DNA from: an uncultured Pseudobdellovibrionaceae bacterium
GTDB lineage: Bacteria > Bdellovibrionota > Bdellovibrionia > Bdellovibrionales > UBA1609
Reading direction: 5' to 3'
Length of the DNA stretch: 64,000 nucleotides
NCBI GenBank assembly: GCA_964360255.1
Contig: CAYHVK010000017.1
Location: forward strand, 4,469 to 68,468
The notes under the pieces were generated by a model that had not been told where the DNA came from, did no database searches, and saw only the letters and a list, made by a program, of their open reading frames with translations. Of this stretch, positions 57,282 to 64,000 are shown piece by piece. Positions within the stretch are counted from its first letter, which is position 1; each line of letters opens with the position of its first letter. The position numbers and the translations under genes were made by a program.

Positions 57282-58256
57282 ATGATTTATAATAATATTC
57301 TTGAAACAATTGGCCACACTCCGCTTGTGCGTTTGAACCGCGTAGGAGCCGATCTCAGCTGCAATCTTTTTGCAAAATGCGAATTTTTGAATCCCGGCGG
57401 ATCGGTTAAAGACCGCATCGGTTATCGCATGGTTTTAAAAGCCGAAAAAAGCGGCCGTATTAAAAAAGGCGACACCTTAATTGAGCCCACATCTGGTAAC
57501 ACGGGTATCGGTATTGCACTCGCAGGCGCGGTTCTTGGTTACAAGGTGATTATCACAATGCCAATGAAGATGAGTCGCGAAAAGCAGGTTGTACTCGAAG
57601 CTTTAGGGGCTGAAATTATTCGTACGCCCACAGAGGCCGAATCATTTGCACCAGAGAGTCACATCATGGTGGCGCGTAAGCTCCAGAAAGAGCTGCCCAA
57701 TGCTCACATTCTTGATCAATACGGCAACCCAGAAAATCCGGCGGCTCACTATGAAGGCACCGCTGAAGAAATTATTGAAGATCTTGATGGCAAAGTGGAT
57801 ATGGTTGTGGTCACGGCCGGGACAGGCGGAACACTTACAGGTATCGCTAAAAAATTCAGAGAAAAGCTGCCGAATTGCAAAATTGTCGGGGTTGACCCTG
57901 AGGGTTCAATTTTAGCAGGTCCGGGTGAAGTGAAGAACTACCTTGTTGAAGGTATTGGTTATGATTTTATTCCGGATGTGATGAAAGATGCCCCTGTTGA
58001 TCGCTGGATTAAATCCAATGACCGTGAGTCATTCAAAATGGCGCGGCTATTGATACGCGATGAAGGACTTCTCTGCGGTGGCTCATCAGGAGCGGCTTTA
58101 TACGGAGCTTTGATCGCCGCTAAAGACTTAAAAAAAGACCAGAACTGCGTGATCATTACTGCCGATGGCGTTCGCAATTACATGACAAAATTTGTGGATG
58201 CTAATTGGCGCAAAGAATTTAAAATGGATGATCAGCTTCCACCAAGAAAAGCTTAG
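57282..58256 (+). CDS. Cystathionine beta-synthase-type PLP enzyme (catalytic core only)
   Basis: Near-colinear with the human CBS core by eye: CEFLNPGGSVKDR, IEPTSGNTGIG, ITMPMKMS.EK, ESH...HILDQYGNP.NP.AHY, TAGTGGTLTGIA, VEGIGYDFIP, GLLCGGSSG, ADGVRNYMTKF. No heme domain and no Bateman module. Confidence 0.85.
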   Translation: MIYNNILETIGHTPLVRLNRVGADLSCNLFAKCEFLNPGGSVKDRIGYRMVLKAEKSGRIKKGDTLIEPTSGNTGIGIALAGAVLGYKVIITMPMKMSREKQVVLEALGAEIIRTPTEAESFAPESHIMVARKLQKELPNAHILDQYGNPENPAAHYEGTAEEIIEDLDGKVDMVVVTAGTGGTLTGIAKKFREKLPNCKIVGVDPEGSILAGPGEVKNYLVEGIGYDFIPDVMKDAPVDRWIKSNDRESFKMARLLIRDEGLLCGGSSGAALYGALIAAKDLKKDQNCVIITADGVRNYMTKFVDANWRKEFKMDDQLPPRKA

Positions 58257-58261
58257 TTTTT

Positions 58262-59173
58262 ATGAAAATTTGCTTACTCACAACGTCACCGAATAATTAC
58301 TCAAATCGCCGTATGATTTTTGAAGCGGAAAAGCGTGGGCATACTATTGAGCGAGTGAATTATTTAAAATGTTATCTGCGCGTTTCTTCAGATGGTGGCT
58401 CGGCGCTTTTTTATAATGGGCGAAACCTCAATGACTACGATGCGGTGATTCCGCGTATTGGTGCAAGCCATACTTTTTTTGGCACATCAGTGGTCCGCCA
58501 GTTTGAAATTATCGGCACCTATTGTCTGAATGGCTCACTAGGGATTTCTCGCTCTCGTGATAAACTGCGCTCGCTTCAGACCTTGGCACGTAAATCGATT
58601 TCAATACCGTCCACAGGTTCAACTCACTCCACCAATGATGTCGGTGGCCTTATTGATACTGTGGGTGGGGCACCACTGGTGATTAAGCTCCTTGAAGGAA
58701 CACAAGGTCTCGGGGTGGTTCTAACTAAAACTCACAAAGCGGCAGAGAGTGTGATTCAAGCTTTCTCGGGCTTAAAGTCTGATATTTTGGTGCAAGATTT
58801 TATCGGCGAAGCGAGAGGCTCAGATATTCGAGTTTTTGTCGTGGGTGGTAGAGTTATGGCCGCGATGATGAGAACTGCGGCTAAAGGTGATTTTAGATCT
58901 AATGTCCATCGCGGTGGCTCGGCCAAAAAAATTCGCATCACTAAAGCCGAAGAAAAAATGGCGATTCAATCCGCGCGTGAGTTAAAACTCAGTGTGGCAG
59001 GTGTCGATATTATTCGCTCGAGCAAAGGGCCAATGATCCTTGAAGTGAATTCATCACCAGGCTTAGAAGGAATTGAGAGTTCGAGTCAGGTCAACGTGGC
59101 TGAGAAGATCATTAAATATATCGAGCGTAAGCAGTCGAGTAAGCGTAAAGAAATAAAAGACGTTCAAACTTAA
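58262..59173 (+). CDS. rimK: RimK-family ATP-grasp ligase (ribosomal protein S6 glutamate ligase type)
   Basis: PLVIKLLEGTQGLGVVL, SDIRVFVVGG, ANVHRGG-like SNVHRGGSA, LEVNSSPGLEGIE. Confidence 0.9.
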   Translation: MKICLLTTSPNNYSNRRMIFEAEKRGHTIERVNYLKCYLRVSSDGGSALFYNGRNLNDYDAVIPRIGASHTFFGTSVVRQFEIIGTYCLNGSLGISRSRDKLRSLQTLARKSISIPSTGSTHSTNDVGGLIDTVGGAPLVIKLLEGTQGLGVVLTKTHKAAESVIQAFSGLKSDILVQDFIGEARGSDIRVFVVGGRVMAAMMRTAAKGDFRSNVHRGGSAKKIRITKAEEKMAIQSARELKLSVAGVDIIRSSKGPMILEVNSSPGLEGIESSSQVNVAEKIIKYIERKQSSKRKEIKDVQT

Positions 59174-59203
59174 AAGGTCGACTTTACGATATCGGCGCCA
59201 CGT

Positions 59204-59872
59204 ATGAAGTTTGCACAAATCAATTATAATGAAAAAGTTTTTACAGCTGAGGTTCGTGGTGATGGAACCTTACTCAGCTCGCCGGTGCGCACACTCATCG
59301 AGTTTGTTTATGCGCACCACACTTCAAGTGCCCGCTACATTCTTCGTCAGCCTATTATTCTCAATTATGAACCTTCGGTTTTTGAGAAGGCTTTGATTAA
59401 AGTTGCGGCCAAGCGTTTTCGGATTGAGCTCGATCAATTACCTGCAAACAAAGTCATTCGCTGTGAACCTTTGCCCCATGAGCCCGAAGAGGGCTTTGAT
59501 TCTCTAGCTTTTAACTCACAAGCTGAGGTGATCTCTTGGGTTCAGGGTGAGGCTGAAAAAACCGGTGTTCTTGTTGCATATGTCAGTCGTCTTCACCAGA
59601 TTATTCAAATCGCTAAAAATTCAAATGCCGTGGTTAAGACCCGGCATGCAGAAATGAACCTTCTTGAGAAATTGATGAATATCAGACCGCAAGCAGGGGA
59701 CTATATTGTCGTGAGTCTGCAAAGCTGCCGTATGTGTGCCGCGGCCTTGGCTGAATGGACGGGCCAAGAAAATATTACCGTATATTTTTTAAAGCCTGAG
59801 CCTGCCTTAACGAACGTAAAGACAGCTCTCTTCGGAAAAGAGAAAAATGCATTTACAGACTTGAAGTCATAA
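59204..59872 (+). CDS. Deaminase-fold protein (CDA/TadA-like zinc motif; Bd3614-like)
   Basis: H148-A-E150 (TRHAEMNLL), then 25 residues later VVSLQS-C175-RM-C178-AAAL (cf. TadA TLEPCVMCAGA). The preceding strand GVLVAYVS....IIQIAKN fits the TadA-like fold. The N-terminal ~105 aa have no motif. Confidence 0.65.
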   Translation: MKFAQINYNEKVFTAEVRGDGTLLSSPVRTLIEFVYAHHTSSARYILRQPIILNYEPSVFEKALIKVAAKRFRIELDQLPANKVIRCEPLPHEPEEGFDSLAFNSQAEVISWVQGEAEKTGVLVAYVSRLHQIIQIAKNSNAVVKTRHAEMNLLEKLMNIRPQAGDYIVVSLQSCRMCAAALAEWTGQENITVYFLKPEPALTNVKTALFGKEKNAFTDLKS

Positions 59873-59879
59873 AGTAAAA

Positions 59880-60113
59880 ATGTTTATGTATTTCATGAGC
59901 GCAGATGGAAGCCAAAAGCCTGAAAATGAGATGAGTTTTTCTTCGATACTTATCGCAATGGTCGGCTTGGCGCTGGTCTGCACTGGGTTTGGTATCCATT
60001 ATGAGCCCATTATTGAAAATGAAGTCCATAATCTGATATTAGCTCTAGTTATTGGAACATCAGGTGGGGCTACGGTTTATTCTGTAATGAGTATTAACAA
60101 TTTCGATGATTAA
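59880..60113 (+). CDS. Small two-TM membrane protein (hypothetical)
   Basis: Two hydrophobic helices (FSSILIAMVGLALVCTGFGI; LILALVIGTSGGATVYSV). Starts 8 nt after the deaminase-like gene. Weak ribosome-binding site. Confidence 0.35.
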   Translation: MFMYFMSADGSQKPENEMSFSSILIAMVGLALVCTGFGIHYEPIIENEVHNLILALVIGTSGGATVYSVMSINNFDD

Positions 60114-60119
60114 TGTCCT

Positions 60120-60989
60120 TTAAGCTCGCTCGAAGCGAATGGCTCCTACAGCTGCGAGTATAATCAGTCCGGCTCCGGCCGCTTGATACATGGTGAGTGT
60201 TTCACCTAGTAAGATAATCCCAAACATCATTGCAAATGGGCTCTCAAGTAAGAAAATCAATGACGCCAGCGAAGCTGAGAGTTTTTTTTGAGCTTTTACT
60301 TGTAAGGCAAAGGCGAGCATTGTTGAACCAACAGTGAGAGAAATAAAACCAATGAGAGCTAAATTATTGATGCCCTTCCAGTGAGGGCCGTCAAAGAATG
60401 GGAGCATAATCAGCGCGAGGCTGCCGGCCCAAAACGACTGATAGAAATTGAATACGAAGGGCGATTTAATTTTGGGGCCTATAGCTCCTAAAAGAGCGAT
60501 ATGTGCAGCGGCGAAAGCAGAGCATATAAGGGTGAGGACGTCGCCTTTGTTCACTTCGTTAAACTGAAGCTGCACGATAAGAGCGGTGCCCACCATGGCG
60601 AGTCCGACCCAAGCGGTGTGCCAGCGGCTGACTTTCTTTTTAATTATCAAAACTTCAATCACTGGCACTAAGATCACATAGAGGGTAGTGATAAAACCAC
60701 TTTTCGTAGCGGTGGTGAACTCAAGGCCCCAAGTTTGTAAGATCAAAGTCATGCCGAGAAAGAAGCCAGGTAGGGCTGATAATTTTAAATTGGCGAGCGA
60801 GAATTCAGCGCGCATTTCTTTTGAAAAATAGAAGACGGGTAAGGTGAGTAAACAAGCGCCGAAAAATCGAGTGACCGAGAGTAAAATCGATGACGTGCTT
60901 TCCATGGCCCAGATGGTGGCCGTGAAACCGAAACCCCAAATAAGGGTAGCAAAGAGAAGTTCAGAGACGGCTACTAAACGCTGATTCAT
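60120..60989 (-). CDS. EamA/DMT-family transporter
   Basis: About 10 TM segments arranged as two EamA repeats. Typical N-terminus LFATLIWGFGF. Confidence 0.85.
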   Translation of the reverse strand: MNQRLVAVSELLFATLIWGFGFTATIWAMESTSSILLSVTRFFGACLLTLPVFYFSKEMRAEFSLANLKLSALPGFFLGMTLILQTWGLEFTTATKSGFITTLYVILVPVIEVLIIKKKVSRWHTAWVGLAMVGTALIVQLQFNEVNKGDVLTLICSAFAAAHIALLGAIGPKIKSPFVFNFYQSFWAGSLALIMLPFFDGPHWKGINNLALIGFISLTVGSTMLAFALQVKAQKKLSASLASLIFLLESPFAMMFGIILLGETLTMYQAAGAGLIILAAVGAIRFERA

Positions 60990-61033
60990 GTTCAGCGTTT
61001 ATACTACTATTTGAGGGCTAAAGCCAAGATGGC

Positions 61034-61579
61034 TTATTTGACTTCAGTGAACTCGATATCAGACATATTGCGGAAACGACCTTGACCGCAAAGCTGTTCA
61101 GCACGCGGGTTCGTGAAACTCATTCTCACTAAAGAGATGGGGCCTTCGCGAAGCTCAGCAACTGTGCCAACGGCAGAACCCCTTGAGCAAGATACGCGAT
61201 ATTTCTTGTTCACAACCATAAGACGTCGATCAATGAATCCGGCTCTGGCTTCTTTTACTGAGTTATAATTAACAAAACGGGGAGCTTTATAAGGGAAGGC
61301 TCCGCGATCTTCAGAGGTTTCTTTTGAATTTACAACGGTGTTACCGCAAACCGCTTCAGCATTGGGGTTTTCAAAATTTAAGAGAGCTGGGAATTGGCTA
61401 CCAGTGAGGCGTATTTTCTCTGGTAATCTTGTAAGAGTGGCTTTGTAATAGCTCTCTCCGCACTCCATAAGGCCTTCGCCAACAATAACTTTTGTTGTAT
61501 TGGCGCCAGCCGCTTGGACTGTTGTTGCGACGATTAAGGTTGTAGCGACTAAACTAAATAAGCCTGTATAGAGCTTCAT
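61034..61579 (-). CDS. Secreted hypothetical protein with an internal two-fold repeat
   Basis: Signal peptide ...VQA|AG. Two copies of a C-x(~35)-F-x-NP-x-AE-x-x-CG module (NFENPNAEAVCGN; SFTNPRAEQLCGQ). Confidence 0.55.
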   Translation of the reverse strand: MKLYTGLFSLVATTLIVATTVQAAGANTTKVIVGEGLMECGESYYKATLTRLPEKIRLTGSQFPALLNFENPNAEAVCGNTVVNSKETSEDRGAFPYKAPRFVNYNSVKEARAGFIDRRLMVVNKKYRVSCSRGSAVGTVAELREGPISLVRMSFTNPRAEQLCGQGRFRNMSDIEFTEVK

Positions 61580-61804
61580 ATATTCATCTCCTGGGATGTT
61601 AGGCCGAATATTCGCAAGCCAGATGCCATTTCCTTTAGGCGCTATATTGCATTTGGGGTTTAAATACTTGAAAACCCTTGAAGTTATTTCTAATCGTCGG
61701 TGACCCTTTTAGGCGTGGTTTCATTATGGACCTAAGTCAGAACGTGTTGCCAGGCTCTGAAAATTTCTAGAAAATATTTAAGAAATCACATTCTGAGGTA
61801 GAGC

Positions 61805-62713
61805 ATGTCGAAGTTAGCAAAGTTAGCTAAAGATATAATGACTCCCAATCCAAAGTTTATCGGCTCCGGCGATGAGCTAGCGACGGCGACGAAGTTATTT
61901 TTTGAAAATCATATTCATTATGCTCCGGTTGTGACTCCGAATAAAGAGGTGCTGGGAATGCTCTCTGAAATGGGGCTGATTAAAGCCTCTCTTCGTCAAT
62001 ATCTTGAACCCGATAAACATGAAAAAGTCGTGCATCATAAAGAGCTTCTCGACGAGCCTACTTTTATCGAAGAAGATAGCTCGATAGATGATGTGGTTAA
62101 GGCCATCATGAAATCCCCCAACAATCGTCTTCTTGTTAAGAACAAACAAGGCCTTATGGTCGGGATTATTTCGCCGAAAGATTTGCTATGGCTTGTCAGC
62201 GGCCAGCAGAAGAAATCTGTGAACTTAAAAGTGGAGCTTGAAAAGTTTAAGCAAGAGGCGACGAATCTTTCTTCTAAGCTGAGTGATATTGAAAATATGC
62301 TTAAAATGTACCGCAATGTTTTTGATGATTCTCCTTATATGATGCATTCGGTGAATTCTGATGGCCAAGTGATTATGGCCAATAAATGTCTGCACAATAT
62401 TTTAGGTTATGAAAAGAATGAGATGATAGGGAAGTCGCTTTCTGATTTGTATCCGAAGACTGTCATGCACGAAGCCATTGGCGGACTAGAAACGATCAAG
62501 AAAAATGGTTTTCATCACGTCACATACACGACTATGGTTAAAAAAAGTGGCGATAAGATTCGTATCGATATTGCCTCATCAGCTTTGCGAAGCCCTAAAG
62601 GTGATTTTGTCGGCACCATTTCGATTTCACGCCTTGTGGACTCTGAAGATCTGCTTCGTGCCCTTCATGGTATTGTTGAGCCTAGCGAGATTCGAAATAT
62701 CAACGAAGATTGA
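61805..62713 (+). CDS. CBS-pair + PAS domain signalling protein (no output domain)
   Basis: Two CBS motifs (IMTPNPKFI...HYAPVV; VVKAIMKSPNNRLLVKN..GLMVGIISPKDL), a coiled-coil linker, and a PAS domain (FDDSPYMMHSVNSDGQVIMANKCLHNILGYEKNEMIGKSL...). Confidence 0.8.
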   Translation: MSKLAKLAKDIMTPNPKFIGSGDELATATKLFFENHIHYAPVVTPNKEVLGMLSEMGLIKASLRQYLEPDKHEKVVHHKELLDEPTFIEEDSSIDDVVKAIMKSPNNRLLVKNKQGLMVGIISPKDLLWLVSGQQKKSVNLKVELEKFKQEATNLSSKLSDIENMLKMYRNVFDDSPYMMHSVNSDGQVIMANKCLHNILGYEKNEMIGKSLSDLYPKTVMHEAIGGLETIKKNGFHHVTYTTMVKKSGDKIRIDIASSALRSPKGDFVGTISISRLVDSEDLLRALHGIVEPSEIRNINED

Positions 62714-63653
62714 TCGCAAAAGCGGCATCATGCACATTCAAGAAAGCCTTTTCGCGTACAGCCACAGAACTCCATAGCTGATCGGCAATAAGAAAAAGAA
62801 AATCTGATTTTATGATTTGAAGCTGAACGCCACGTTGTTCGGCCTTTTTAATTTCACGGTCAAGTCCATCAATGACTTTAAACACGGGCTCTGTCAGCAC
62901 TAATGAATTTTTAGCCACACCAATCGTATAGAGGATATTAAGATAGAACTTATGAGGAGTTTTAATGTTCTCAGCATCAAAATATTGGGCTCTTATGCCT
63001 TTAGAGTCAGGAGCGTGGGTACTTGAGTGATGAGCTAAGCTATCGGCAAAGTAAAACTCTCCATGCGCCACTTGCTCTTGCACTTGCATCCAGCTTTCGT
63101 TGAAACTGGCTTGAATCTGACCGACCACTGGGCCTTGTAGGTAAAAACCTAATTCTCGATGAGGAGATATTAAGGCGCTGCAAAAGCCATCAACAGTTAT
63201 GAGAGTAAAGTCCTGTGGTGCTTTTTTACCGAAGACTGAAGTGAGCCTCAGCCCTGACTTTAGAGAGAAGACCTCAACATCTGCTTTAAGAAACTTCTTG
63301 AGCTGAGCTGAGGTGAAAATTTCTTGTGGAGTGGTTTTGGTTAATACCAAGTGAACGGGAATTCCGCTTTCAGCTTTTTCTGCCAGCAAATCCGTCAGTT
63401 GCTCGCCCTGAAGGTCTTGTAGAGAAGTATTAGCCTCTATACAGACTGATCGTTTTGCCTGGCGAACCACCTTTAGAGCTGTATCCCAAGCATTATGAGT
63501 CAAAGTCTGAACGGTATTGCCGGGCAAGAGGGCGGGGCCTAATAAATATGAAACGGAGCTCAGAAACTCATCGTCTTTTACCGAATAATTGCACTCGAAT
63601 TCATAGGGACTCAGCATCTCTATATTTTGATTGTCAAATCTGAAATTGTACAT
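62700..63653 (-). CDS. Cardiolipin-synthase/PLD-superfamily homologue lacking HKD motifs
   Basis: Colinear Cls blocks: GNTVQTL..NAWDTALKVVRQAKRSVCIE, ESGIPVHLVL, YLQGPVVGQIQASFNESW, EQRGVQLQII. The first HxKxxxxD position reads DFTLITVD. The protein ends before a second HKD. No TM. Confidence 0.6.
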   Translation of the reverse strand: MYNFRFDNQNIEMLSPYEFECNYSVKDDEFLSSVSYLLGPALLPGNTVQTLTHNAWDTALKVVRQAKRSVCIEANTSLQDLQGEQLTDLLAEKAESGIPVHLVLTKTTPQEIFTSAQLKKFLKADVEVFSLKSGLRLTSVFGKKAPQDFTLITVDGFCSALISPHRELGFYLQGPVVGQIQASFNESWMQVQEQVAHGEFYFADSLAHHSSTHAPDSKGIRAQYFDAENIKTPHKFYLNILYTIGVAKNSLVLTEPVFKVIDGLDREIKKAEQRGVQLQIIKSDFLFLIADQLWSSVAVREKAFLNVHDAAFAINLR

Positions 63654-63666
63654 AAGCTTTTAGTAT

Positions 63667-64000
63667 ATGATTCAGCTTGGTATTGAAAATCTACTTAAGA
63701 ATAAAAAACTCACAAAACAGTTGTTGGGTAAAAGAGTCGCCTTGGTGGCTCACCCGGCTTCTGTTGATAAAAATCTCGTTCACTCAATTGATTTGCTATC
63801 GAAAAATTTAAAGGGCGGTCTCTCTTGTGCATTTGGTCCGCAGCACGGCATGCGGGGAGAAAAACAAGATAATATGATCGAGAGCGATGATTTTATCGAC
63901 CCGATTCATAAAATTCCGATTTTCAGTTTGTACGGCACCGTTCGTCGTCCCACTCCAAAGATGCTCGACCATTTTGATATTGCCCTTTTTGATCTGCAAG
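63667..64000 (+). CDS. DUF1343/NamZ-family protein (exo-beta-N-acetylmuramidase family), 5' fragment running off the window
   Basis: Manual translation: MIQLGIENLL...GKRVALVAHPASVD...FGPQHGMRGEKQ...IPIFSLYG..RRPT.KML..FDIALFDLQ. This matches the DUF1343 N-terminal consensus. Not in the track because there is no stop. Confidence 0.75.
   Translation, partial: MIQLGIENLLKNKKLTKQLLGKRVALVAHPASVDKNLVHSIDLLSKNLKGGLSCAFGPQHGMRGEKQDNMIESDDFIDPIHKIPIFSLYGTVRRPTPKMLDHFDIALFDLQ

Noticed and set aside
63808-63999. 63-aa minus-strand ORF at the window end
   Set aside because: The plus strand here encodes a clear DUF1343/NamZ N-terminus starting at 63667, which explains the region.

Overview
Chromosomal window of about 60 protein genes and one tRNA. 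It is densely packed and mostly housekeeping. Gene content suggests a Bdellovibrio-like (BALO or delta-proteobacterial) genome: DUF1844, a Bat/MoxR operon, a Bd3614-type deaminase and many secreted low-complexity proteins. This taxon call is inference only.

Layout:
- 1-1.4 kb: envelope quality-control genes (HtrA-like fragment, DUF1844, HtpX-like).
- 1.5-13 kb: an 8-gene translationally coupled MoxR/DUF58/BatA-D operon that runs directly into an Slt-type lytic transglycosylase, followed by MltD-LysM.
- 13-25 kb: mrp, glyQS, ppdK, smc, ftsY, Na/Pi transporter.
- 25.2-27.1 kb: the only clearly accessory patch, an HNH endonuclease flanked by repeat-rich non-coding DNA.
- 27-38 kb: zapA, 5-FTHF cyclo-ligase, rny, tyrS, a ferredoxin with an RGG/QN tail, iscA and nifS, an acyl-CoA dehydrogenase, a eukaryote-type AdoMet decarboxylase plus speE, trmH, queF.
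- 38.8 kb: tRNA-Arg(UCG).
- 39-48 kb: poorly characterised envelope and secreted genes.
- 48.6-57.2 kb: a heme operon, hemA-like, hemC/D fusion, hemL, [histidine kinase + response regulator], hemE, hemY, hemH.
- 57-64 kb: a eukaryote-like CBS core, rimK, a deaminase-fold protein, an EamA transporter, a CBS-PAS protein, a degenerate PLD-like protein and the start of a DUF1343/NamZ gene.

I found no CRISPR array, integrase, transposase, prophage or recognisable defence system. The most promising unexplained biology:
1. The two-component system spliced into the heme operon.
2. The rimK + Bd3614-like deaminase + small membrane protein trio.
3. The iteron-like repeat field beside the HNH gene.
4. 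Several intact but catalytically degenerate enzyme homologues.
5. Eukaryote-type SAM and sulfur enzymes.
6. Unusual disordered insertions or tails in SMC and a ferredoxin.

All family assignments come from motif reading by eye. No database search was run.
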